DNA from: Candidatus Poribacteria bacterium
Lineage (GTDB): Bacteria; Poribacteria; WGA-4E; PCPOR2b
Reading direction: 5' to 3'
Length of the DNA: 64,000 nt
Assembly: GCA_965208675.1 (NCBI GenBank)
Contig: OZ242351.1
Span: forward strand, 4,828,039-4,892,038
The notes under the pieces are model-generated. The model was not told the DNA's origin. It did no database searches and saw only the letters and a list, made by a program, of their open reading frames with translations. Of the stretch, positions 1 to 9,100 are shown piece by piece. Both the position numbers and the translations under genes were made by a program. The stretch's first letter is position 1. Each line of letters begins with the position of its first letter.

Positions 1-1343
1 CCGGAATTCCCATCAGATGTTCCTGCATACCGAAAAGATTGCGAGGTTGCAGTAGTTGCCACTAGCATGACCTGATCCGACGGATTCAAATTGTTCAGCT
101 CAAGGCGGGCATTGTCGTATTCATCAAATTGAAGCCGATGAATCATTGGCGAGCCGCGTTGCGGTATATGCACAACTTGTGCATACATTTCCCCATTGCC
201 GGCTCCATCTAGGGCAATTTCAAGTTTAGGTGATAGATTCTGATAGGATACATAACGAACTCCCCAATCATCTAGGTTGTCCAATCGAATCGTGGGATAG
301 CTGTTAACACGACGTTCAACGCCTCTATTGACGCGCTTATTTGGCAGGTTTTCATATCCGTAATTGGCGCCGCGCCTGATGTCGTTGACGAAGTTAGCAA
401 TCGCCCAGTTTTGAAAAATATCGGCAAACCGTGCTGACCTACCTATCGACCCTAAAGCCGAATTAATTCCGTCTATACCGAGCAGATCTTGTCGTGCAAG
501 TTCACGAATGAACGCCGCGCCGCCGTAATTCTCGAATGCGTATAGCAGCAGCATGAAAGCAGCCCCGTAATAGACATCGCGGGTATTTCCAGACGTCAAC
601 GAAACGCTTGGATCTCTTAAATAACCATCGACAAAGATGTTGTGGACATTTCCGTAGATTGCCCATTCTGCGAACGACGCTATCCCCTCTTCCAACCAAT
701 TCTCATCGGTTGTTCCACCATTCTGATACCAATTGGCGAGGTGGGCAAATTCGTGGGCGAGCAGGGCGAGGAGGATAAAACGCCCCCGCTCCTTGAGCAG
801 GTACACATCGGCAAAGATAATCTCGCGCCGGTTGCTATTGAAATCAGTCGGACGTTGATCGGTCGGTGAGAAATAACCGCCGATGTCTTGAGCTGAACCA
901 TTCAATCCCACATCGTGTATTAATAGTGTTACTCGGGCATCCCGGTCTAAGCCCGGCTTCCATTCGCTGCCAATCCACCGGTGAACTTGCGGGTAGATTC
1001 GCGAATCAAATTCAGCTGCAATATCCTGTGCTTGTATTTCGTTTACTATACCGAGCACCGAATTTTCGACGTAGATGTAGATATGCTCGCCGATGGCAAT
1101 GCAAGTGCCTTTCACTAATTGTTCGGGGATATGTGTATAAAACCGTTCAATCTGCCCGAGGTGTATTTCAGGTGCCGGAGCGGCAGAAATTTCCGGCAAT
1201 TGAAGAGCCGAGTGCGTATGCTGGGTGAGTTCCGGCGTTCCGCAGCGCCAATGTCCGCCATAAGGTGGATGCAGATGGATGGGTTGCGCGCAGACTTGAT
1301 GAGCGATGCAACAAAAATATAAAAACAAATCGCAGCAACGCAT
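1..1343 (-). CDS. Secreted zinc metallopeptidase (HExxH; peptidase M30/immune-inhibitor-A-like), 3' end runs off the window
   Basis: Not in the ORF track because there is no stop before the edge. Manual translation from ATG 1343 gives MRCCDLFLYFCCIAHQVCAQ...DIGGYFSPTDQ...SNRREIIFAD...LAHEFAHLANWYQ...WLEEGIASFAEW, an HExxH plus downstream EG gluzincin pattern. The frame is open to position 1. Confidence 0.75.
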   Translation of the reverse strand, partial: MRCCDLFLYFCCIAHQVCAQPIHLHPPYGGHWRCGTPELTQHTHSALQLPEISAAPAPEIHLGQIERFYTHIPEQLVKGTCIAIGEHIYIYVENSVLGIVNEIQAQDIAAEFDSRIYPQVHRWIGSEWKPGLDRDARVTLLIHDVGLNGSAQDIGGYFSPTDQRPTDFNSNRREIIFADVYLLKERGRFILLALLAHEFAHLANWYQNGGTTDENWLEEGIASFAEWAIYGNVHNIFVDGYLRDPSVSLTSGNTRDVYYGAAFMLLLYAFENYGGAAFIRELARQDLLGIDGINSALGSIGRSARFADIFQNWAIANFVNDIRRGANYGYENLPNKRVNRGVERRVNSYPTIRLDNLDDWGVRYVSYQNLSPKLEIALDGAGNGEMYAQVVHIPQRGSPMIHRLQFDEYDNARLELNNLNPSDQVMLVATTATSQSFRYAGTSDGNS

Positions 1344-1528
1344 TTACAAACAACCCCCCATTCATCAAGTTATTAATTAGAACCTTTAATATCCAAAAGA
1401 CACGGATATACGGTTAAAACGACGTTGACACACCCCCATGTAAAGTTTGAGATATTAGCACTCATTTTCGAATTCGGTGCACCTATCTAAGTTTTAGTGA
1501 TTAGCGTTTGACTCTGTGCACTGTGGTA

Positions 1529-1557
1529 ATTCTACCACAAACCCCATGTAATGTCAA
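1529..1557 (-). promoter_or_regulatory. Sigma70-type promoter for the metallopeptidase gene
   Basis: Minus strand TTGACA-17bp-TAGAAT. The palindrome TGTGGTA-ATTC-TACCACA (1522-1539) overlaps the -10. Confidence 0.55.
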
Positions 1558-1686
1558 CGTATATTAAGTATATATTGAAATCAAACCATTAGTTAATGCG
1601 TTTACTCGATGAAAACTGGCTGATGTTGGTTGCGTCCGTTGACATGGGATCTTTGGTGTTTTGGACCTAAAATTGCTATGTTTCGC

Positions 1687-2448
1687 TTAAACAAGTGTTT
1701 GCCAGACGAGCCGAATTGCGAAAGCCAATGAGGTGACAACGAGTACGATTTTAATCCATTTTTCTCCTCTGTCAACCGCCCAATTGCTTCCGAACCACGC
1801 ACCGGTCGCATTTCCAAGTGCAAGTGTTAACCCCAAAAAGGGGTCGACATTGCCATTGTAAATGAAGATTCCCAGCGCGACGATGGTGAAAAAGAAGCTG
1901 ACAAACAGCTTGATCGCGTTTGCACGAACGAGGTCATAACCATTTATTGATGTCAATGCGCCAATGATAATGAAACCCACTCCGGCTTGAATAAACCCGC
2001 CATAAATACCAATAAAAAAGAAGGCAATTATTGCGACAATCTTTCGTGCAAGATTCTGCTCAATTCTTGTTCCTTCACTTTTCCTTGTCGGACTGAGATA
2101 AGTCAATGCCAGTACTCCTACCATGATAGCCGCTAACACTCTCTTGAAAGCAACCTCACCCATGAATACTGCAATGATAGCCCCAATGATAGCTCCTGGA
2201 ATTGCTGGAATGGTCAGGAAAGCGCTAAAGCGAAAGTCAGAAAATCCTTTGGCACGAAATCCTGCAACGCCGGTTGCACACTGTATGGCGACCGCTACTC
2301 GATTTGTGCCGTTCGCTGTCGCGGCGGGTAAACCGAGGAAGATTAGCACCGGAAGGGTTAGTAATGAACCGCCGCCCGCAACCACATTTAGGAAACCTGC
2401 AGCGACTCCAGAAATTAAGATTAAGGGAATTTGCCAAACCAGTTGCAT
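1687..2448 (-). CDS. Sulfite exporter TauE/SafE (TSUP) family membrane protein
   Basis: AGFLNVVAGGGSLLTLP, ANGTNR and GIYGGFIQAGVG motifs; about 8 hydrophobic segments. Confidence 0.85.
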   Translation of the reverse strand: MQLVWQIPLILISGVAAGFLNVVAGGGSLLTLPVLIFLGLPAATANGTNRVAVAIQCATGVAGFRAKGFSDFRFSAFLTIPAIPGAIIGAIIAVFMGEVAFKRVLAAIMVGVLALTYLSPTRKSEGTRIEQNLARKIVAIIAFFFIGIYGGFIQAGVGFIIIGALTSINGYDLVRANAIKLFVSFFFTIVALGIFIYNGNVDPFLGLTLALGNATGAWFGSNWAVDRGEKWIKIVLVVTSLAFAIRLVWQTLV

Positions 2449-2449
2449 G

Positions 2450-2743
2450 TCAGTTTTTAGTCCTTTCTTTGTGGCTAGATTTTGATGCCTGACGGCGTTT
2501 CGCCGCTAAAATTAACAGTAACGCAGACCCATTTCCAATTAGGACCGCGCTCAGAATGCCCATGAGGAACACGAATCCGCCGGTGGCTACTACGCCGGAT
2601 CCAAACGGGCATGACCAGATTCCCAAAGCAAAGGCAGAGAGTGGAATGAGCGCACCCAATAGGAAACCGATTACAGCAGCGACTGTAGCGAAGTTTTGAT
2701 GTTTTTTTATTGGGAGTTTTACGGATCGTAAAGTCATGTTCAT
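2450..2743 (-). CDS. Small hypothetical membrane protein (2 TM)
   Basis: Two hydrophobic helices flanking WSCPFG; ends 1 bp before the TSUP start. Confidence 0.6.
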   Translation of the reverse strand: MNMTLRSVKLPIKKHQNFATVAAVIGFLLGALIPLSAFALGIWSCPFGSGVVATGGFVFLMGILSAVLIGNGSALLLILAAKRRQASKSSHKERTKN

Positions 2744-2794
2744 ACCTTCATACGTTAGCAGGGCTTAATCCTCTTGATTTAAATTTAGTAGCAA

Positions 2795-3637
2795 TTAAGT
2801 CTTTACTTGTGGATCCAAGACATCGCGCAGCGCATCGCCTAGCAAGTTGAACCCTAACACCATCAGGAAAATGGCAGTTCCCGGCGTCATCACCGTCCAA
2901 GGCGCGCGGCGGATGAGCGAGCGATTTTCGTTCAACATTGCGCCCCACTCCGGCTCGCCAATTTCGGCCCCAAGTCCTAAAAAACTTAGGCCCGCAGCGT
3001 CTAGGATTGCAGCTCCCATGCCGAGCGTAGCTTGTACAATCAATGGGGCAAGGCAATTTGGGATAACTGCTGTCGTCATTATTCGAATGTCGCTTGCACC
3101 AACAACTCTTGCTGCCATTACATATTCTTCTTCGCGAATTTTGAGCACTGACGCCCGTAGTATTCGGGCATATTGCGGAATATAAACTATCGAAACAGCG
3201 ATAATTGCATTGGTCAGGCTCTGTCCTAAAATGGTGATTATCACCATCGCAAGCAGGATGCTTGGCATAGCAAGCATCATATCCATTATGCGCATAAACG
3301 TGTTATCCATCCAACCGCCGTAATAGCCTGCGATAATTCCCACCAGCGCGCCAATGGAGATTGAAAACGACATTGCAACCAGCCCTATTTTTATAGAGAT
3401 TTGCGATCCGTAAACGATCCGGCTAAAGATATCCCTCCCTGCCTTGTCGGTGCCGAAGTAATGTTCGGACGACCAACCCTTGAGTCCAGCGATGACATCA
3501 GCTTCGCGCGGGTCGTGTGTGGCAATGAATGGAGCTAGGATTGCGATGAGGACAAAAATGAGGATAATTGAAAAGCCAATCATGCCGGATGTGTGACGCA
3601 AAAGATTTTGATGAATCCTGCGGCTGTTCCCGCTCAT
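2795..3637 (-). CDS. dppC: Dipeptide/oligopeptide ABC transporter permease
   Basis: FGTDKAGRDIFSRIVYG, EAA-like loop (EEYVMAARVVGAS), PEWGAML. Confidence 0.9.
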   Translation of the reverse strand: MSGNSRRIHQNLLRHTSGMIGFSIILIFVLIAILAPFIATHDPREADVIAGLKGWSSEHYFGTDKAGRDIFSRIVYGSQISIKIGLVAMSFSISIGALVGIIAGYYGGWMDNTFMRIMDMMLAMPSILLAMVIITILGQSLTNAIIAVSIVYIPQYARILRASVLKIREEEYVMAARVVGASDIRIMTTAVIPNCLAPLIVQATLGMGAAILDAAGLSFLGLGAEIGEPEWGAMLNENRSLIRRAPWTVMTPGTAIFLMVLGFNLLGDALRDVLDPQVKT

Positions 3638-4659
3638 GTGTTTCCTCCAATCCTGATTCGTGGATCGAAATAGATGTAAAGCAGGTCAACAATCAGATTG
3701 ACGGCCATGAAAACGGTAGCCACAAATAGCACACCTCCTTGAACCGGTCGAATATCTCTGGCTTCGACAGCGGCGCGCAGCCATGAACCGAGTCCTGGCC
3801 AAGAAAAGATGTGTTCGGTTAGAATAGCACCGCCCAGTAAGTATCCGAAATTCAAACCAATAACAGTCAACACAGGATTGACGCTATTTTTCAGCGCGTG
3901 CTTAAGCACAATTTTCGATTTTGAAAGCCCTTTCGCATGCGCGGTCATGATGTATTGTTGATTCAATACTTCAAGTAGGCTAGAACGAGTCATGCGCGCA
4001 ATGATTGCCAACGGAATTGTGCCAAGCGTCACTGCGGGAAGAATCAGGTGCCAGATTGCATTCCGAAACGCGGCAAAGTTTCCGGCAAGCAGCGTATCTA
4101 TCAACAAAAAGTTTGTGCGATGTTGTATTTTTAGGTTTGCATCTAAAAGAGTATCTAATCGTTGGGAACTTGGGAAAATCGGAAATGTGTAGGCGAACAG
4201 CAGAATTAACATTAACCCGAGCCAGAATATTGGCATCGAAATTCCCGCCAACGATCCGAACATTGTGGAATAGTCCCAAAACTTGCCGTGATTGACCGCG
4301 GCTAAAATCCCCGTACCGACGCCGAAAACAATCGAGAATCCCATCGCCGCGACTGTCAGTTCAACCGTTGCCGGGAAATAGTGTAAAATTTCATCAACTA
4401 CGCGCGCATTTGTCTTAAACGACCGCCCCAAATCTAAGTGAATCAGATCCCAAAGAAACACTCCATACTGCCGATAGAGCGGCTGATTCAGTCCCATCTG
4501 TTGACGAAGTTTAGCCAGCGCGTCCGCCGTGGCGCGTTCTCCTAAAATCGTTAGCGCCGCATCACCGGGAATTAGATGAACCATAAAGAAGACGAGAACC
4601 GACACACCGAAGAGAGACAACGCCATAGAGAGCAGCCGTTGCGAGATGTATGTAGTCAT
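3634..4659 (-). CDS. dppB: Dipeptide/oligopeptide ABC transporter permease
   Basis: HLIPGD, DLGRS, HLILPAVTLGTIPLAIIARMTRSSLLEVL, TEHIFSWPGLG; ATGA overlap with dppC. Confidence 0.9.
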   Translation of the reverse strand: MTTYISQRLLSMALSLFGVSVLVFFMVHLIPGDAALTILGERATADALAKLRQQMGLNQPLYRQYGVFLWDLIHLDLGRSFKTNARVVDEILHYFPATVELTVAAMGFSIVFGVGTGILAAVNHGKFWDYSTMFGSLAGISMPIFWLGLMLILLFAYTFPIFPSSQRLDTLLDANLKIQHRTNFLLIDTLLAGNFAAFRNAIWHLILPAVTLGTIPLAIIARMTRSSLLEVLNQQYIMTAHAKGLSKSKIVLKHALKNSVNPVLTVIGLNFGYLLGGAILTEHIFSWPGLGSWLRAAVEARDIRPVQGGVLFVATVFMAVNLIVDLLYIYFDPRIRIGGNT

Positions 4660-4747
4660 GCGTAATGCGTAATGTGTAAATGGTTGGCTGCTTCTAGCTA
4701 GTGAAACGAAGTTTATCTGACTTGAATTTCACTTCGAGCAGCAAGAC

Positions 4748-7700
4748 CTATTTCAAGATTACCATTGGCCGCAATTGACGGAATGACGGCGTCCGTAGCT
4801 GGTAAAAGTAAAGACCGCTGGCAACCATTTCGCCGAGTTTATTACGGCCATCCCAGTAGGCAGCTTTTTCCTGCGCGGTATAATAGCCTGCCAACCGATG
4901 CCCTAGTTCCAGACTACGAACCGCTGCACCCTTAATATCAAATATCGTCAACGTGACGTTCGCATCGTCCGCCAACTGATATGGCATCCACGTCTCCGGA
5001 TTGAACGGGTTCGGGTAGTTTGGCAACAGTGCCGTCTTGATAGGTATTTCGTATGCGGATATTGCCGGCAACTGGATTTTATTGTTAATCACATCGCTGT
5101 CTGTTACCGTGTAGTGCAACGGCTGAACACCAATTAGCGGACGTGAGAATTCGGCAGAGATTTCAATGGCATCTCCGACCTGTGCCGCATGACTAGCTGC
5201 AGTTTCAACTAAGGTCAGTTGATAGCCAATCCCGTCTGTGTGCAGACTGCCACCGTCCGTTGTGTGAACCGTCGACTTCATGCCGGAAGCCAAATTTGTC
5301 AACGTTACCCTCAATTTTAGCGGCGTAATCGATAAATCGCTCTCCGGAGTTCCATTCTCGTAAATGATCGATCCGATTATGCACAATAGGGGCGTAGTTT
5401 TCGTAAAATTGATACCGTTGCGTGATAATGGCGCTGCGGCACCCGTGCCCGTGAATCCACCCCAACCATCGCCGGAGATTGCAATTGACGCTGCGGATTG
5501 TGCATCCATGATAAACGACTGACCGCCAGTTATGTGGACATCTCCGTCATCTCCTGCATGTTCAACGACCTTGAAAATTCCGTCAACTGACACTGTGACA
5601 GAAGATACATTGTCACGAATTCCTTCGAGAGCGAGCAGGTCGCTTACTCGTTCGATTCGTGAATCGCGGAGAGGCACCGCCACGAGGTTTGTTCCTTGCA
5701 TCAACGAAATTGTACTGCTCCCCTCTTCGCCGAGTGGGTGGCCTGTCAGAAGAAGTTCCACCGGCGCCCTCATACTTGCAATTATGCCTTCGTCATCTGT
5801 CAATTGAGGGTCTTCGGTTTTGCCTCGGCTGGAGTCTCCGAGGTAACTGTGCCACTGCTGCCTTTGGCGATCTCTAGTCGTGATCAAATTCACCGTCGCC
5901 GCTCCACCGAGGGCGTCGTAGAGGTCGCTAACAGATTCGATTGTACCTGTCTCCCCGTCAACTGAAGTAACCCGCAATGGAATGTGTATCAAACTAGTAC
6001 CCCTTGGTACCGAGAGAGCAAACTCGCGTCTTTTTGCAACGGCATTAAAGATTACCGGCGTCTCTACTCCCGCGGCGGACACTTCGGCCGTGTGTATTCC
6101 CGGATTTGTCCCTAAGGTTAACCAACTTTCCGATCTGCCGTTAGCGCCAGTTTGTGTGCTAGTAATGCTGAGTGTCCCATGCCCCGCGGTTACTGTAAAG
6201 GTCAGAACCACGCCTTCAAGCGGCGCACCTTTCTTGTCTTGTACTTCAACTACGAACGGGTCGCCAAGCATCGCACCTGGTAGTCCCTCCTGCAAATCAC
6301 CTGAAATTATCACAATTTTGTTGGGAAATCGGACGCCTTCAGCATTGAAAATTATTGAACTGTCGATCCCAGACGCAGACACAGCGACCGTATTAGTTCC
6401 AGCGTTCGGTCCAAGGGTAAGTCTGCTTACTGCCCTTCCGTTACTATCGGTTTTAGTGCTTGTGGTGGACAATGATCCTCCTCCAGCAGTTGCCTCGAAG
6501 GTTACCTGAACCTCAGATAAGGGTTTATCCGACTGGTCTCTCACCTCAACAATTAGCGGATTTGGAAGTGTCTCGCCGGGGAAACCTTCTTGGTTATCGC
6601 CCGAGATTTTCGACAGTTCGTTAGCCACTCGAATTCCCTTTGCGGTAAAGGTCAGCGGCTGCGAAATCCCTTCGACTTTAACACGTACGGTGTTCCTTAC
6701 CGAAACCTGCCCCAATGTAAGAGTACACTCTGCCCTGCCGTTGGAGTCGGTCGTTGCGTTAGGCGTATTGAGCGAGCCCCCGCCTTCCGTTACCGAAAAC
6801 GCTACGGGAACCCCTTCAAATGCAAGACTGTTCTCATCCTTTACTTCGACGACGAACGGATTGGGAAGCGCTGCGCCGGGTGCACTGCTTTGGTTATTGC
6901 CAGAAACCTGGCTTAGTTCTGTTGGATTACGGTCGTCGAACATGATGTCTACGCCGCGTGCTTTTAGGGTTGGTATGTGCGATTTAATAGATTCGTAGCT
7001 AAGGAGGTTTTCGCGAAGGTTTATCTCGTCTCCGTTTCCCAATCCCATATTTGATACTAAATTCGCAAGGTCTGATATTTTGTTGTCGGAAAGTTGGAGA
7101 TTCCGCAGGGTCGTCAATCCCTCTAGCGACGAGATATCCGATACCTTATTGGCGTCGAGAAGAAGAGATTCCAAGTTGGTCAACCCCGCCAGCGGTGAGA
7201 TGTCTTCTATTGAATTGTGTCTAAGCGCCAACAGCGTAAGACCGGTCAATTCCTCGACATCCGAGATTTCCGAAACTGAGTTGTCGTCAACGACGAGCCA
7301 TGTCAGCTTGGTTAAACCTGACAATGGAGATAGGTCAGATATAGAGTTGCCGCTAAGCGCAAGTTGTATTAAGTTGACTAAACCGGCAAGCGGGTAAATG
7401 TCTTCGATTGAGTTGTGCCTTAGGTCTAGGTGCGTGAAGTTCACAGCGAACTCCATCCCAGTCAAATCACTAATGCCGAGGCTCCAGGTTCCCTCTTCAG
7501 TGAAGACTAGCGTCGCCATCTCAGCTTGGGATATCGGTTCCCCTGCTACCTTCTCAAGGGATTTCTCAACAACGATGCGGAGTTTTGGGTCGGGAATCTC
7601 TACAGGCTGTCCCGCCGAAGCGTTAAAGGTCACCGTAAAACCCAAGGCAGAGGCATTGACGGTGTTTGGTCCTAGGTTGGGACCGAGTGTTAGTGTGCTC

Positions 7701-7957
7701 ATTGCACTCCCGTTGTCAAGTGTCGATACGCCTGTTGTGCTGAGATTGCCGCCTCCGGCAGTCACGGAAAATGAAACCCAAACGCCAGGCCGCGCCAAAC
7801 CGGTGTTTACATCGCGCAATTCGACGATAAAAGGGAGTGGCAACGGTGTACTGGGTAAGCCCGCCGGCTGATTATCGCCGGAGATTTTTGTCAGTGCATG
7901 AAGTGTTTCCGGAAAAAGGTTAAAATCGGTTTCGCTCTTATTTCCGTTTATGTCCAC
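4748..7957 (-). CDS. Surface protein (C-terminal part): Big_1-type Ig repeats, internalin-like LRRs, C-terminal FlgD-Ig/T9SS-A-like domain
   Basis: Repeated (K/Q)ISGDNQ.G.PG..L..P..VEV.D units; LRR units L..L.L..NSI.DISPL.GL; terminal LLPNYPNPFNPETW..YQL...WDGRN..GE.VASGLYFYQL. No signal peptide; in frame with the upstream ORF. Confidence 0.8.
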   Translation of the reverse strand: MDINGNKSETDFNLFPETLHALTKISGDNQPAGLPSTPLPLPFIVELRDVNTGLARPGVWVSFSVTAGGGNLSTTGVSTLDNGSAMSTLTLGPNLGPNTVNASALGFTVTFNASAGQPVEIPDPKLRIVVEKSLEKVAGEPISQAEMATLVFTEEGTWSLGISDLTGMEFAVNFTHLDLRHNSIEDIYPLAGLVNLIQLALSGNSISDLSPLSGLTKLTWLVVDDNSVSEISDVEELTGLTLLALRHNSIEDISPLAGLTNLESLLLDANKVSDISSLEGLTTLRNLQLSDNKISDLANLVSNMGLGNGDEINLRENLLSYESIKSHIPTLKARGVDIMFDDRNPTELSQVSGNNQSSAPGAALPNPFVVEVKDENSLAFEGVPVAFSVTEGGGSLNTPNATTDSNGRAECTLTLGQVSVRNTVRVKVEGISQPLTFTAKGIRVANELSKISGDNQEGFPGETLPNPLIVEVRDQSDKPLSEVQVTFEATAGGGSLSTTSTKTDSNGRAVSRLTLGPNAGTNTVAVSASGIDSSIIFNAEGVRFPNKIVIISGDLQEGLPGAMLGDPFVVEVQDKKGAPLEGVVLTFTVTAGHGTLSITSTQTGANGRSESWLTLGTNPGIHTAEVSAAGVETPVIFNAVAKRREFALSVPRGTSLIHIPLRVTSVDGETGTIESVSDLYDALGGAATVNLITTRDRQRQQWHSYLGDSSRGKTEDPQLTDDEGIIASMRAPVELLLTGHPLGEEGSSTISLMQGTNLVAVPLRDSRIERVSDLLALEGIRDNVSSVTVSVDGIFKVVEHAGDDGDVHITGGQSFIMDAQSAASIAISGDGWGGFTGTGAAAPLSRNGINFTKTTPLLCIIGSIIYENGTPESDLSITPLKLRVTLTNLASGMKSTVHTTDGGSLHTDGIGYQLTLVETAASHAAQVGDAIEISAEFSRPLIGVQPLHYTVTDSDVINNKIQLPAISAYEIPIKTALLPNYPNPFNPETWMPYQLADDANVTLTIFDIKGAAVRSLELGHRLAGYYTAQEKAAYWDGRNKLGEMVASGLYFYQLRTPSFRQLRPMVILK

Positions 7958-8008
7958 TACGACAGCACGGATTGGGTGAACAGCGCGGTCGGAAAGACTT
8001 TCGAATTC

Positions 8009-9034
8009 CTAGAGGGTAAAATCGCCGTCATAATCGAATTCAACGGATCCTTGTTTTTCTCCTCGAAATTCACGGCACATCCTCAGCCTGTCGTTTCTCA
8101 GCCTGTTGTTCCTTAGTCTGTCAACGCCGAACACGAGCACTTGATGAAGCCCCTCGTAATCGGAAACCCTGAGTTGGATTGAGATAGTTTCCGAACCTGC
8201 CGCGTACCTACGCGGCGAAACGAGGTCGATAGCCGGTGGATTTCTAAACCCGGAAGAAATGGCGGGATTGAAATACCTCTGGATTTGCAGCCATTTGACA
8301 GCACACCGGGACAATCTCGTGGTTTGCCCCCATACCCACGGTCCGTAGGACATTACGTGTTCATTGGCGCGGAAATCGTGTTTTAATCCGAAGGTATGGC
8401 CTAGTTCGTGTGCCGCGAGTGGATGGCTAAAAAACTTACCGGAGGCGGGGATAGCTGCGAAACCGCCCCAATCCCGGTAAGTAGAACCAACACCTGCCGC
8501 ATTACCAATCTGTTCGTTGCTGACATCCACGGCTGCCAAGTAGATGTTCTGCGAGGTATCAAACCGTTTGTGGACTTCATTCCAGACCTGGTAAAAAGTT
8601 TCTAGCCTAGAACTGTGAGGAGAATCGCGGTAATAGGAATCGAAGAACTGCCCGTAGACTCGATGTACCACCGCCTTCCCACTGTAATCAGTTTCGATGT
8701 TGAAGGTCCTTCTGCCGAAGCCGTGGTTTTCCATCTGGTCGGCATAGAATTCGCGGACACCTTTAATCAGCGTGTCCATTTTACTCTCAATGTCTTCCCT
8801 CGGTTGACGGTCAGCGGGAAGAAAGTAGATTAACCGCACCGTGCGCGGCGCACCGATGTCACGATTTGCAAAGGTGCGGACAGGTTTCTGTGTGAACCCC
8901 TGGAGTTCAGAATAACCGCACAAATGGATTTCGTTACTCGGCAATAATGGGAAAGCGGCAATCGCTGCTGAATCGTAGTATCCCAGATACACCGCAATCA
9001 AATAAAGGATAAGACGACGTAGGTGGGTTTTCAT
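8009..9034 (-). CDS. Secreted metzincin zinc metallopeptidase (N-terminal part of the split surface protein)
   Basis: Signal-like N-terminus, HELGHTFGLKH zinc motif, Met-turn VMSY. Ends at TAG 8009-8011, in frame with 4748..7957. Confidence 0.75.
   Translation of the reverse strand: MKTHLRRLILYLIAVYLGYYDSAAIAAFPLLPSNEIHLCGYSELQGFTQKPVRTFANRDIGAPRTVRLIYFLPADRQPREDIESKMDTLIKGVREFYADQMENHGFGRRTFNIETDYSGKAVVHRVYGQFFDSYYRDSPHSSRLETFYQVWNEVHKRFDTSQNIYLAAVDVSNEQIGNAAGVGSTYRDWGGFAAIPASGKFFSHPLAAHELGHTFGLKHDFRANEHVMSYGPWVWGQTTRLSRCAVKWLQIQRYFNPAISSGFRNPPAIDLVSPRRYAAGSETISIQLRVSDYEGLHQVLVFGVDRLRNNRLRNDRLRMCREFRGEKQGSVEFDYDGDFTL
8081..8125. repeat. Three imperfect 15-bp tandem units inside the peptidase ORF
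   Basis: cctcagcctgtcgtt / tctcagcctgttgtt / ccttagtctgtcaac, encoding VDRLR-NNRLR-NDRLR. Confidence 0.7.
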
Positions 9035-9100
9035 CGAGTAAGTTGTTACGTAATATTCAATCGGGGAGGTTGGATTGAATGGATTATACTGGTGTTCGTT

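Larger units (their letters stand above)
4748..9034 (-). pseudogene. Probable single peptidase-Ig-LRR-Ig-CTD gene interrupted by one in-frame TAG
   Basis: ...DFTL-TAG-EFESLSDRAVHPIRAVVVDINGNK... continues in the same frame; (8008-7957)/3 is an integer. Confidence 0.6.

Noticed and set aside
1168-1368. 66-aa ORF as the start of the first gene
   Set aside because: The peptidase is in another frame starting at ATG 1343.
1455-1481. TTAGCACTC resembling a CIRCE element
   Set aside because: Only the left half matches; the sequence after N9 is TTCGGTGCA, not GAGTGCTAA.
4658-4678. Heptamer tandem ATGCGTA x2-3 before dppB
   Set aside because: Too short and degenerate to support a function.
5982-7871. 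Long plus-strand ORFs antisense to the Ig/LRR gene (and similar shadows over fabG and the amidase)
   Set aside because: Antisense shadows of real genes with Ser/Pro/Thr-biased translations.
8009-8011. Genome-wide TAG recoding
   Set aside because: TAG terminates conserved genes (acpP, rpmF, yceD) at their expected lengths.
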